This document shows positions 28,351 to 40,168 of a stretch of DNA of 64,000 nucleotides, in pieces. The translations under genes and the position numbers were made by a program. The DNA comes from Escherichia phage LH01, in the sequence record PP434429; one strand, 5' to 3'. The notes beneath the pieces were generated by a model. It made no database searches. It worked only from the letters and a program-made list of their open reading frames with translations, and had not been told where the DNA came from. Each line of letters begins with the position of its first letter. Position 1 is the stretch's first letter.

Positions 28351-28921
28351 AAAAGTTTCGGATTTGTTCCCAATTCAGAGAACGAAGATTATTACGAGAG
28401 TACTGAATTACTTCAATACCAGCTTGTTTAAGAATGTCTGCCCAGTTTTCAGGAGATCTGTCGTATAATTCTGCGTATACGACCTTTTTAATACCTGACT
28501 GCGTAATAGCTTTAGTGCAATCAGGACATGGAGAAAGCGTCGTATATAACGTAGCACCTTCAATAGAATTACCTTTACGAGCGGCAAACAAAATTGCGTT
28601 CAATTCTGCATGGATTTCATTATTAGCAGACCATGCACTATGAGCAGCTCGATGTTCTTTGGCTAAAACAAAATTATCTACCCGTCCAAATGCTGTAGTG
28701 CCTTCTTTATGTCCAGCAACGATGACTGGGATTGGTTTATTCTTCAACCAACCATTTTCAGATGCATGTTCGCAACAGTTAACGCCACCTGCAGGTGAAC
28801 CGTTATATCCAGTAGAGATAATGCGTCCATCTTTTTCAATGACGGCACCAACTTTCCATGAACAACATTTTGATTCTTGAGAAATCAGATATGCAATCTG
28901 AAGGTATGTGCTAGCTTTCAT
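28340..28921 (-). CDS. cd: dCMP deaminase
   Basis: 193 aa; zinc-binding motifs HAELNAI and SPCPDCTKAI; size as T4 Cd. Confidence 0.92.
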   Translation of the reverse strand: MKASTYLQIAYLISQESKCCSWKVGAVIEKDGRIISTGYNGSPAGGVNCCEHASENGWLKNKPIPVIVAGHKEGTTAFGRVDNFVLAKEHRAAHSAWSANNEIHAELNAILFAARKGNSIEGATLYTTLSPCPDCTKAITQSGIKKVVYAELYDRSPENWADILKQAGIEVIQYSRNNLRSLNWEQIRNFCGE

Positions 28922-29913
28922 TATTGAACCTTATTAATATAAGTTAACAGCTCTTTAGTTTGTTCCCAACTGATGCACGCATCGGTAACGGAAACGCCAT
29001 AGGACATATTATCAGAAATTTTTTGATTTCCTTCATGTAGGAACGATTCTATCATAATTCCTTTGACCAAATCATTAGCTGCTAATTTTTTACCAATACC
29101 AATTTGATTGCTATAATGCCCATCAGCGTTTGCATGGCTACAGTCAACCATTACATAATGATTCAGACCTACTGCCCTTGCTTTGTTAGAAGCTTCTTGA
29201 ATATCAGAAGAATGATAGTTCGGGCCGTTGGTCCCGCCACGCAATACGATATGCGTATTCTGATTACCTTCAGCTTCAACAATGCCTACAGTACCATCGA
29301 CGTCCATACCCATATACCGATGAGGCCAGGCGGCACTATACATCGCGTCTGTAGCTACTTTAATAGAACCATTGGTTGCGTTCTTGAAGCCTACGCACAT
29401 CGGTAGACCTGAAGCAATTTCACGATGTGTCTGACTTTCAGTCGTACGTGCGCCAATAGCAACCCATGAGAAAATACCAGAAAGATACTTAATCGTGAAT
29501 GGGTCTAATACTTCAGTTGCTAATGGAAGTCCCATACGTAGAAGTTTACGACACAATGTTCGTGCAACTATAAGACCGTGGTTCATATCAAAACTTCCGT
29601 CAAGATATGGATCATTTACAAGACCTTTCCAACCTACGGTAGTTCGAGGCTTTTCAAAATAAACGCGCATCACTAACAGAACATTAGGAAGACGAGTTTG
29701 AAGTTCAGCCAGACGTTTGCCGTATTCAACAGCAGCAATAGGGTCATGAATTGAACAAGGACCTACAACAATAAGTTTGCGTGGGTCTTCACCGTTCATA
29801 ATCGAATTAACTTGTTCGCGATGAGAAGCCACTTGTGATGCGTAAGCTTCCGACAAAGGAATAATCTCAGCCAGTTCTTTTGGAGAAATAAGTTTTCCGA
29901 CGACAGGTAACAT
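28921..29913 (-). CDS. 3-deoxy-D-arabino-heptulosonate-7-phosphate (DAHP) synthase, class I (AroG/F/H-like)
   Basis: 330 aa; motifs VVGPCSIHD, RVYFEKPRTTVGWKGL, IGARTTESQTHRE, MVDCSHAN, ESFLHEGNQ, VTDACISW align with E. coli AroG; stop/start overlap with cd. Confidence 0.9.
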   Translation of the reverse strand: MLPVVGKLISPKELAEIIPLSEAYASQVASHREQVNSIMNGEDPRKLIVVGPCSIHDPIAAVEYGKRLAELQTRLPNVLLVMRVYFEKPRTTVGWKGLVNDPYLDGSFDMNHGLIVARTLCRKLLRMGLPLATEVLDPFTIKYLSGIFSWVAIGARTTESQTHREIASGLPMCVGFKNATNGSIKVATDAMYSAAWPHRYMGMDVDGTVGIVEAEGNQNTHIVLRGGTNGPNYHSSDIQEASNKARAVGLNHYVMVDCSHANADGHYSNQIGIGKKLAANDLVKGIMIESFLHEGNQKISDNMSYGVSVTDACISWEQTKELLTYINKVQ

Positions 29914-30033
29914 AACAATCCTTAGGAGATATAAACAGATTCTGATTCAACAATACCTTTAACCGGATTAGATAGGCTAAGTTGGTAGTGCTCAGATTTA
30001 TGACCATTCTCGATAGTAATGAGATAGCTCTCA

Positions 30034-30270
30034 TTATAGTGTTCCATATACTCGAGTTGCTTCAACAAGACCATCACTGCCTAATTTAAGATTAGTAATT
30101 TGGTCACCATCTTTAGGATTAACGATTATGAGAAAAGAACGTGGAGATTCTTGAATAACTCGTAATGTTGCATCCTGGAAACGTTCAGACACTTTATTGA
30201 TGAGTGCTTGAGCAAATTCTTTTACTTTAATCTGAAATTCGTGTACTGTAATTGGGTTTTCACTTAGCAT
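30034..30270 (-). CDS. hypothetical protein (78 aa)
   Basis: ORF with GAGGAAATAG RBS and GTTTAC-N18-TACTAT promoter. Confidence 0.45.
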   Translation of the reverse strand: MLSENPITVHEFQIKVKEFAQALINKVSERFQDATLRVIQESPRSFLIIVNPKDGDQITNLKLGSDGLVEATRVYGTL

Positions 30271-30298
30271 TTCTATTTCCTCATTTGTTGGTAGAGTT

Positions 30299-30328
30299 AT
30301 AGTATCACAACTCCACCATGTTGTAAAC
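30299..30328 (-). promoter_or_regulatory. early promoter GTTTAC-N18-TACTAT with inverted repeat
   Basis: Arms TGGTAGAGTT 30289-30298 and AACTCCACCA 30309-30318 (9/10) flank the -10. Confidence 0.5.
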
Positions 30329-30330
30329 CA

Positions 30331-30606
30331 TTAAATTGCTTTGCATTCAATTTTTTGTGTACCGAAATTGATATCACACTGGATAACTAAATCACCATCA
30401 AGATCAAATACCACTATGACGTGCGCAGACCCAGGGAGAAGAGTAATAGCAATAGAATCTACTTGGTCTGGGAGCAAAGCATTGAGTACATGAGTTAGTT
30501 GAGCATGAACTCTGAGTTCGGCTGCATTATCAAGCACTTCAAACATATTATTAGCAATAATCTGACTGAAGACTACCTTTACAATTTCAGAATATTTAGG
30601 GAACAT
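30331..30606 (-). CDS. hypothetical protein (91 aa)
   Basis: ORF in early cluster. Confidence 0.45.
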   Translation of the reverse strand: MFPKYSEIVKVVFSQIIANNMFEVLDNAAELRVHAQLTHVLNALLPDQVDSIAITLLPGSAHVIVVFDLDGDLVIQCDINFGTQKIECKAI

Positions 30607-30613
30607 AATTACC

Positions 30614-30838
30614 TCAGTGCACAGTATTTACTTTAACTCGAACAACAAATCGCTCGGTTGGTTCACCTACAGGAACAAACTCTACATGATATTCGCCTTT
30701 GTATCGAGTATTCAGGTCATTACGAATTCCGGCGAGTTTGTTGATTAATGTAGGACTCATACTAAGTCCCACTAGTTTACGAAGCATTTTGTATGCTTCA
30801 TCTTCGATTTCATGATGTTTATCGTACATAGTTTTCAT
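30614..30838 (-). CDS. hypothetical protein (74 aa)
   Basis: ORF in early cluster. Confidence 0.45.
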   Translation of the reverse strand: MKTMYDKHHEIEDEAYKMLRKLVGLSMSPTLINKLAGIRNDLNTRYKGEYHVEFVPVGEPTERFVVRVKVNTVH

Positions 30839-31009
30839 TTAACCATTCAATTGCCTGGTCGACGTTATCAAATATACCGCCGTCCAAACGTTCTTCATGC
30901 TCATAGTCCAGCACATCAATACCGAACTGTCCATTTACTAAAGGCCAGGCTACAAACAAATATTCTTTATGCTGTTCGATGGCCTCAATCACTTCATATA
31001 ATCGTTTCA

Positions 31010-31010
<1 letters not shown>
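30819..31010 (-). CDS. hypothetical protein (63 aa)
   Basis: ORF coupled to pseT stop. Confidence 0.4.
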
Positions 31011-32096
<1,086 letters not shown>

Positions 32097-32097
<1 letters not shown>

Positions 32098-32396
32098 TAT
32101 TTTATTCCTAAGAAAGTTTCAAGAATACGAATGTTATGCTCGCGCCGGTCTTTATTAATTTCAGCAACGTTTTTATTAATTGACGTACTTCTAACGTTTG
32201 AAGAAATAAATTTAATCATATGACTTTTGAGTTGTTGCAAATCCATCCCTTTTTCTTTAGCAGCTTTACGAAGAGCTTTACCTGCTTCATCTAGTGCCTT
32301 TGCTGCATCTTTGTCATAATTGCCAAGTGACATTCCACGACAGATATCAATATACTCATCAGACCGTTTGATGTAATTCTCTAGTAATGTTTTCAT
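32097..32396 (-). CDS. hypothetical protein (99 aa)
   Basis: ORF. Confidence 0.5.
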
Positions 32397-32453
32397 TTAG
32401 ATTTCCTCAATTATCCATAGGAGCATTATAATCTGCTCCTGAGAGTTTGTAAA

Positions 32454-32678
32454 CTATTTTACTAAAGATTCAATATACTCGTGAAGAGCTTTAGTCGCTA
32501 CTGCCCACTTATTCTGATATTCATTTTTCAGATTAGCACGAGACTGAACTAACAATCGGTCATTAGTCGGAGGCAAAGATTCTAATCGTTGAATCTGGCG
32601 CCCATAAATCATAGCCGCCATTTCAGATTCATAGATAAGCCCTTTAATGTATTCATGCTGTTCTTTAGTCATTGGCAT
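32454..32678 (-). CDS. hypothetical protein (74 aa)
   Basis: ORF. Confidence 0.45.
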   Translation of the reverse strand: MPMTKEQHEYIKGLIYESEMAAMIYGRQIQRLESLPPTNDRLLVQSRANLKNEYQNKWAVATKALHEYIESLVK

Positions 32679-32959
32679 TTTTCCTCTTTTAAACCACTAC
32701 GATAATAACATATCATAGTTTTCTGGTCATGTACATATCTTTTTACATCGTTTAACCAGATACGAAATTCTTGAGAGTCTTCAAATGGCATTCCAACCCA
32801 TGGATTACCATCAATAACCTTTACTTGCCATTTCTGGTTATATTCAACAATAGATTCAGGCCATGGTGGATGTAAAGTTTCTTTAGGGCTTAAGGGCACA
32901 TCCTTGGCACATCCAGCCAAAATGCCAATAGATAATACAACTGCGGTTAATTTAATCAT
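32669..32959 (-). CDS. o-spanin (outer-membrane lipoprotein, Rz1 equivalent)
   Basis: 96 aa; signal peptide with lipobox LAGC; directly follows the i-spanin-like gene with 4-nt overlap. Confidence 0.65.
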   Translation of the reverse strand: MIKLTAVVLSIGILAGCAKDVPLSPKETLHPPWPESIVEYNQKWQVKVIDGNPWVGMPFEDSQEFRIWLNDVKRYVHDQKTMICYYRSGLKEEKCQ

Positions 32960-33312
32960 TCTGAGAGCTTCCTGAGGTCTTCTGCAAAGGAATCGAAGGA
33001 CCTGTTGATTTGTTTTTCGACCAATCCTGGCTTACTTGCCACCACGTTCTTCTTCTTCGAATCCTGGCGGAGCTTTTCATTTTCAGCCTTAAGTTGGTCA
33101 ACTAAAACACGGTTCTTATAAGTCATTTCTTCGATTGACTGATATTGAACTTTGAAGTCGTCTAATACTTTAGCATTGTTTTTAGCAGCCTCTTTAACAG
33201 AAGCTAATTCAGTATTCAACGAATCAACTTTGTTGTTTAAGACAACTATTGTTACCGTAGAAACTAGAGCAAAAGCTGCTACTATAGCATAAATCGGATT
33301 TACTTTAAGCAT
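32956..33312 (-). CDS. i-spanin (inner-membrane, Rz equivalent)
   Basis: 118 aa; N-terminal TM segment IYAIVAAFALVSTVTIVVL followed by charged coiled-coil. Confidence 0.65.
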   Translation of the reverse strand: MLKVNPIYAIVAAFALVSTVTIVVLNNKVDSLNTELASVKEAAKNNAKVLDDFKVQYQSIEEMTYKNRVLVDQLKAENEKLRQDSKKKNVVASKPGLVEKQINRSFDSFAEDLRKLSE

Positions 33313-33800
33313 GTTTGAATAATCTCAATGATTTCGTCTCGGGATAATCCATTGATAAGAACTGTTTTAGGCCCATCAGTTTGGATTTTGTAGGTCTCAA
33401 ACATTACACACAACTCTTCTGCTGTATGATATGGACTTGAAATTCCGAGACGGTTGAATTTGTCGGTAAGAGGGTCGCAAATGATGTAGAATTTTATACC
33501 TGCGATATGTACATTTGGTTGACTAATATTAATGAACACATTAGCGTCATATTTAGTTAAATTGTTTTGAAGAAATTCTACCATAGCATTAACTGCTTCT
33601 GGCATCGCTTCGCGTTTCTCTTCAGCGTATCGGGTTGAATACTCTTTTTGCTTTAACTTCTTTTTAGCATTTTTCGCTAGAGTAGTACGAAGGTCCGTAA
33701 GATAACCAACTGGACGGCCTTTCTTAAAGACCCGGATTCCATCTGTAGAATCACCAAATGCTGCCACAACCATATCGTTAGTAATCAATTGCATATTCAT
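33300..33800 (-). CDS. alc: Alc-like protein (host transcription shutoff), 166 aa from ATG at 33800
   Basis: GAGGAGAAAATT RBS before MNMQLITNDM...; position between pseT-region genes and rnlA as T4 alc. Confidence 0.55.
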   Translation of the reverse strand: MNMQLITNDMVVAAFGDSTDGIRVFKKGRPVGYLTDLRTTLAKNAKKKLKQKEYSTRYAEEKREAMPEAVNAMVEFLQNNLTKYDANVFINISQPNVHIAGIKFYIICDPLTDKFNRLGISSPYHTAEELCVMFETYKIQTDGPKTVLINGLSRDEIIEIIQTCLK

Positions 33801-33830
33801 AATTTTCTCCTCGTGTTGTTGATAAAACCC

Positions 33831-33860
33831 ATAGTAACACCATCCTTGGTGTTTGTAAAC
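33831..33860 (-). promoter_or_regulatory. early promoter GTTTAC-N18-TACTAT (alc)
   Basis: Spacer contains palindrome AACACC-aaggat-GGTGTT. Confidence 0.45.
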
Positions 33861-33862
33861 CA

Positions 33863-34996
<1,134 letters not shown>

Positions 34997-35013
34997 TCAG
35001 TTAGTTTTTTTAA

Positions 35014-35043
35014 ATTGTACCACAATCCTTGTGGTATGTAAAC
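35014..35043 (-). promoter_or_regulatory. early promoter GTTTAC-N18-TACAAT (rnlA)
   Basis: Spacer contains palindrome ACCACAA-gga-TTGTGGT; -35 overlaps denA stop. Confidence 0.45.
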
Positions 35044-35453
35044 TACTTTTTCTTATGTTGGATATTCCAAGGCGGGTTGAACTTTTTGATAAAAAGTGGT
35101 TCTTCAAGGTCCATTGTTGCGATGGTCATTGAACCAAGTTCGTTGGTGACTGAAAGGTCAAAACATTGGCGGGCCCAGAATTCAACCTTTTTGCCTTGCA
35201 TTAAGGCATCCAAAATCATAAGTGATTTTCTTGAATCTGAAGTCTGGTCTTTTCGATTTATGGCTGTTCGATAGTAGTTAATGCGTTTCTTTAAATTCTT
35301 GGTTTTACCAATATACACAAGTTCGTCATCTACAGCAATAGCGTATATGACATTTTTCTTATTAGAGACATCAACTGTTTTAATTGTTGCATCTTCTAAT
35401 AGCTCCAATTCTGTATATTTAATAAAGGAATATTCGGCGGCAATATCTTTCAT
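35043..35453 (-). CDS. denA: endonuclease II (GIY-YIG)
   Basis: 136 aa; GIY-YIG-type motif VIYAIAVDDELVYIGKTKNLKKRINYYR. Confidence 0.9.
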   Translation of the reverse strand: MKDIAAEYSFIKYTELELLEDATIKTVDVSNKKNVIYAIAVDDELVYIGKTKNLKKRINYYRTAINRKDQTSDSRKSLMILDALMQGKKVEFWARQCFDLSVTNELGSMTIATMDLEEPLFIKKFNPPWNIQHKKK

Positions 35454-35479
35454 AATAAAGTGGGACCGAAGTCCCGTCC

Positions 35480-36658
35480 TTAGAAATATTTTTTGTATGA
35501 ATTGATTACATTTTGGTCTACATCATTATCAATTTGTGCGACAAGATAAGAACTGATTTCAACTTCCTGAGGAGCTGCTTGAACTAAATCAGAGTTCAGA
35601 TATTCACGAATCCAAGGATACGGATGCTTGGACGGAGCATCAGTGATTGGGCATGGCAAACCGCACTGTTTCATACGAGACACAGTCAAGTAATCAACAA
35701 AAGCACACATACTCTGCGTATTGATACCTGGACATGTACCATCTTTAAAGAGGTGTGCAGCCCATTCCTTCTCTTGACTATTTACTTCCATAAAGATATC
35801 TACTGCTTCTTGCTCACACTCTTTAGCAATTTGAACCCATTCATCCCCATCAACACCAAGTTGGAGCTGTCGAATAATGTACTGAGTGCCTTTAAGGTGG
35901 AGTTGTTCGTCACGAGCGATGAACTTCATAATCTTTGCATTACCTTCCATGATTTCCATGTTCTTATGGAAGTTGAAAGTACATGCAAATGATACGTAAA
36001 AACGAATAGCTTCTAAGGCGTTAATAACGTGTAAGCAGAGATAAAGAGACTTCATTAATGCACGTTTACATTCTTCCACATGCATAAGACTATTTGAATA
36101 TGCATCCAAATCATATTCATTTTCGGAAAAACATTTAAAAATTTCTTTAGCATTTTCCCATTCACGTGTTTTAACTAGAACATCATCATAATATTTGCCG
36201 ATTGATTCCGCACGTTTCATAATTGCTTCATCTAATACAATCTCATCAAATACCTTCGATGGATCAGTATAAAGATTTCGCATGATATGAGTATATGAAC
36301 GAGAGTGAATGGTTTCACTGAATGTCCATGTAGCAACCCATGTATCTAATGAAGGGTCGGAAAGCAATGCCATAAGTACCGCAGATGGTGCCCTGCCTTG
36401 GATAGAATCCAATAATGATTGATACTTAAGGTTGTTCGTAAAGATGTTCTGTTGGAACTGTGGAAGCTTATTGAACTGCGCAGAGTCCAACATCAAGTTT
36501 ACCTCTTCAGGGCGCCAAAAAAACGACAATTGCTTTTCAATAAGCTCTTCAAAAACTTTATGGCGTTGAATATCGTAACGCGCAAGGCCAAGACCGGAAC
36601 CAAAGAACATTGGTTCATTCAAAACATCAACTTTTTGGGTATTAAAAACTGTACTCAT
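35480..36658 (-). CDS. nrdB: ribonucleotide reductase beta subunit
   Basis: 392 aa uninterrupted ORF; di-iron/tyrosyl-radical R2 protein; no intron. Confidence 0.95.
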   Translation of the reverse strand: MSTVFNTQKVDVLNEPMFFGSGLGLARYDIQRHKVFEELIEKQLSFFWRPEEVNLMLDSAQFNKLPQFQQNIFTNNLKYQSLLDSIQGRAPSAVLMALLSDPSLDTWVATWTFSETIHSRSYTHIMRNLYTDPSKVFDEIVLDEAIMKRAESIGKYYDDVLVKTREWENAKEIFKCFSENEYDLDAYSNSLMHVEECKRALMKSLYLCLHVINALEAIRFYVSFACTFNFHKNMEIMEGNAKIMKFIARDEQLHLKGTQYIIRQLQLGVDGDEWVQIAKECEQEAVDIFMEVNSQEKEWAAHLFKDGTCPGINTQSMCAFVDYLTVSRMKQCGLPCPITDAPSKHPYPWIREYLNSDLVQAAPQEVEISSYLVAQIDNDVDQNVINSYKKYF

Positions 36659-36708
36659 TATATTCTCTCAATAGTGACTCATCCATGAGTCAATTATAAA
36701 CAAAATTC

Positions 36709-38964
36709 TTAAAGCTTACAAGCGGAGCAATCTTCAGCTTTAGGCGTTTCTAACTCATAGTCATCTGTACCAGAACCATCTCGAGTGTTATGATAGTAAA
36801 GGTTCTTACCACCAAAGTACCAGAAGTAAAGCAAGTCATCAAGCATTACAGACATTGGCACTTTGCCTTTCTCAAAGACTGAAGGGTCGTAGTATGTATT
36901 AGCAGAAGCAGATTGGCACACCCATTTTAACATGATAACAACTTGTGTCAGATAAGGCTTATTACCTTTCTTAGCGAGTTTCCACGCATAGTCATAAAGA
37001 CCCATGTTGTGTTCAATATTAGGAACAACCTGTCGGAAGTTGCCTTCTTTAGATTCTTTAATACTTACAGGTCCACGAGGTGGCTCTATACCGTTTGTGC
37101 TATTTGAGACTTGACTGCTTGATTCGCATGGCATGAGAGCACTAAGTGTGCTGTTACGAATTCCATGTTCTTTGAGTTCAGCTCGAAGTTCTTCCCAGTC
37201 ACAGACGTAGTTCGGGGCTGCGATTTGGTCAATCTTTTTATTGTACCAGTCGATAGGTAATTCGCCTCTAGACCATTTAGTGTCTGAATAATACTCACAA
37301 GGTCCTTTTTCTTTGGCGAGTTTGATTGAAGCTTTGATAAGGCCATATTGCAATCTCTCAAACAATTCATGAGTCAAATCGTTAGCGTCTTCATATGAAG
37401 CAAAGTTAGAAGCTAACCATGCGGCATAGTTCGTCACACCAACACCGAGATTTCGACGCTTTTTAGCTTTTAAAGCTTCTGGAACCGGATAATCTTGATA
37501 GTCTAACAAGTTATCAAGTGCACGTACTTGTACTTCGGCCAGTTCATTAATTTTATCTTGGTCTTGCCAATCAAATTTATCTAATACAAAAGCAGATAAC
37601 GTACATAAACCAATTTCAGCATCAGGACTATTAACATCATTAGTTGGAATAGCTATTTCACAACATAGATTGCTCTGACGAATAGGAGCTTTTTCACGAA
37701 TAAATGGAGTGTAGTTATTCGTGTTATCAACAAACTGTGGATAAATTCGAGCAGTACCAGAACGTTCAGTCATGAACAATTCAAAGAGTTCTAGTGCTTT
37801 GATTCTTTTCTTTCTGATTGTTGGGTCTTTTTCAGCTTTCTCATAAAGTTCACGGAATTTATCTTGATCTTCAAAGAACGAGTAGTATAGTTCGCCTGAC
37901 ATTTCGTGAGGGCTAAATAAAGTAATATAATCATTTTTACCAAGGCGTTCCATCATGAGGTCATTAATCTGAATTCCGTAGTCCATATGTCGAATACGGT
38001 TTTCATCCACACCTTTGTTATTTTTCAGAACTAATAGGTTCTCTACTTCTAAGTGCCACATCGGATAATACGCTGTAGCAGCACCACCACGAATACCACC
38101 TTGAGAACAAGATTTTACTGCAGTTTGGAAATGTTTCCAGAATGGAATAACACCCGTATGTCGAACTTCACCCATACCGATCTTAGAACCTTCTGCACGA
38201 AGCATACCAACGTTGATACCGATACCAGCTCGTTTAGAAATATATTCAATAATTGATGCTGAAGTTTTGTTAATAGATTTTAACGAATCACCGGCTTCAA
38301 TAACTACACAACTAGAGAACTGGCGAGTTGGAGTACGAGCACCTGCCATAATTGGGGTTGGCAATGAAACTTGATGAGTAGAAACGGCATCATAAAAACG
38401 AATAATATGTTTCAAACGGTCATGAGTTTCGTCTTGATGTAAGGCCATGCCAATAGCCATGATAGCAAACTGTGGAGTTTCATAAATCTTCCCAGTTGTT
38501 TTATCTTTAACTAGATATTTTTCTTTAAGCTGCATAGCACCAGCATAAGTCAGGTCAAAGTCTCGTTCATGTTTAATCTGTGAATCGAGATAAATGATTT
38601 CTTCTGCTGAATATTGAGACAACAGCTCAGGGTCGTATTTGCCTTCATTAACACAATAAGAAATATGGTCGATAAAAGCAGGCGGTTCAAACTGCCCATA
38701 CACATCTTTACGAAGTGCAAACATTAATCCTTTAGCGGCAACATATTGATAGTCAGGTTCTTCGACAGAAATCAAGTTAGCTGCAACTTTAATACAAATC
38801 TTCTGGATATCTTTGGTACTCATCCCATCAACCAGATGAGTCTTAATTTCTTCATACAATTCGTATGGGTCGATTTGTGTTCCTTCACACTGCCAAGTTA
38901 AGACTTGAATAATTTTCTGTGCATCAAAATTTTGGGATACACCACTGCTCTTAGTTACTTGCAT
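36709..38964 (-). CDS. nrdA: ribonucleotide reductase alpha subunit
   Basis: 751 aa; class I RNR large subunit with ATP-cone N-terminus and active-site NLCCE-type motif. Confidence 0.95.
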   Translation of the reverse strand: MQVTKSSGVSQNFDAQKIIQVLTWQCEGTQIDPYELYEEIKTHLVDGMSTKDIQKICIKVAANLISVEEPDYQYVAAKGLMFALRKDVYGQFEPPAFIDHISYCVNEGKYDPELLSQYSAEEIIYLDSQIKHERDFDLTYAGAMQLKEKYLVKDKTTGKIYETPQFAIMAIGMALHQDETHDRLKHIIRFYDAVSTHQVSLPTPIMAGARTPTRQFSSCVVIEAGDSLKSINKTSASIIEYISKRAGIGINVGMLRAEGSKIGMGEVRHTGVIPFWKHFQTAVKSCSQGGIRGGAATAYYPMWHLEVENLLVLKNNKGVDENRIRHMDYGIQINDLMMERLGKNDYITLFSPHEMSGELYYSFFEDQDKFRELYEKAEKDPTIRKKRIKALELFELFMTERSGTARIYPQFVDNTNNYTPFIREKAPIRQSNLCCEIAIPTNDVNSPDAEIGLCTLSAFVLDKFDWQDQDKINELAEVQVRALDNLLDYQDYPVPEALKAKKRRNLGVGVTNYAAWLASNFASYEDANDLTHELFERLQYGLIKASIKLAKEKGPCEYYSDTKWSRGELPIDWYNKKIDQIAAPNYVCDWEELRAELKEHGIRNSTLSALMPCESSSQVSNSTNGIEPPRGPVSIKESKEGNFRQVVPNIEHNMGLYDYAWKLAKKGNKPYLTQVVIMLKWVCQSASANTYYDPSVFEKGKVPMSVMLDDLLYFWYFGGKNLYYHNTRDGSGTDDYELETPKAEDCSACKL

Positions 38965-39051
38965 ATATTCCTCAGTATAGGTTGATAGACATTACTCCAA
39001 ACGGGATAGTATTTATCCCGTTAATTTATTATACACTTTTAAACTGAAGCG

Positions 39052-39306
39052 TTAATTATCCTCAGCAATAATTTCTTCATATTCTTTAGGAGTCAAGACT
39101 GTAATATCGAAATAAACCAGAGGCTCTTTTTCCATACCGAATCCACCACAGAATTCACGATATTCATAAATTCGTTCATGTGAATGGCAAATGAATCGTT
39201 CACCTTTAACTGTGATTTCACTATTCGGTGAAGGGATATCCAGTTCACTTGGATTTTTCATTTCAAAAATTGTGGTGCCATATGAATTAATAAAACGTAA
39301 AATCAT
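39052..39306 (-). CDS. hypothetical protein (84 aa from ATG at 39306)
   Basis: ATG immediately after td stop; track ORF to 39369 overlaps td. Confidence 0.45.
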   Translation of the reverse strand: MILRFINSYGTTIFEMKNPSELDIPSPNSEITVKGERFICHSHERIYEYREFCGGFGMEKEPLVYFDITVLTPKEYEEIIAEDN

Positions 39307-39307
39307 T

Positions 39308-40168
39308 TTATACCGCCATTTTAGCTTTGATAGCTGGATGTGATTCGTAATTTTTAAGAATGAAATCACTCGGATTCATATGCTCTGTTACCCAATGAAG
39401 CTGTAATGTCGTGCTCCAATCAGAGAATCCTTCAGGCCAATCAATTTTAAGTTCACACAGTTCTTTAGGCTCACGACGAAGAACTTCTTTGCATTGTTCT
39501 ACATGATTGCTGTAGATATGCGTGTTGCCGCCTGAGAACACTAAATCGCCCGGGATAAGATTACACATCTTAGCTACAATATGAGTCAAGGCAGCGTACG
39601 AGGCAATGTTGAATGGCAAACCCAAGAAAACATCAACACTTCTCTGGTACCATTGTAAATCAAGATGACCATTACGCACATTGAACTGATAGAACATATG
39701 GCAAGGAGGAAGAGCCATTTGATTTATTTCGGCCGGATTCCATGCAGAAACTATTTGACGACGATCATTAGGAAGAGCTTTAATGCGGTCGATAGTTTTG
39801 ACCAATTGGTCTACACCGCCAAAATCACGCCATTGCTTACCATAAATAGGACCAAGTTCGCCGCTATGATATCCAAGGTCTTTTGCCTGATTTTCATAGT
39901 TGTCGTCCCAAATAGTTTTACCTTGAATAAGACTACCGTGAGTACGAATACGTAAATCATTAACATTGGTAGAACCAGACATGAACCACAGTAACTCGGC
40001 AATACAAGCTTTCCATGCTAATTTCTTAGTTGTTACTGCAGGGAATCCTTTAGTCAGGTCCCAACGTAATTTAGTTCCGAACAGGGCAATTGTTCCTGTG
40101 CCTGTACGGTCGTCTGTTTCGTAGCCATTTTCTAGGATATCATTAATCAGGTATTGGTATTGTTTCAT
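39308..40168 (-). CDS. td: thymidylate synthase
   Basis: 286 aa uninterrupted; matches T4 Td (MKQYQ.LI.DI.ENGYETDDRTGTGTIALFG); active-site PPCH; no intron. Confidence 0.95.
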   Translation of the reverse strand: MKQYQYLINDILENGYETDDRTGTGTIALFGTKLRWDLTKGFPAVTTKKLAWKACIAELLWFMSGSTNVNDLRIRTHGSLIQGKTIWDDNYENQAKDLGYHSGELGPIYGKQWRDFGGVDQLVKTIDRIKALPNDRRQIVSAWNPAEINQMALPPCHMFYQFNVRNGHLDLQWYQRSVDVFLGLPFNIASYAALTHIVAKMCNLIPGDLVFSGGNTHIYSNHVEQCKEVLRREPKELCELKIDWPEGFSDWSTTLQLHWVTEHMNPSDFILKNYESHPAIKAKMAV

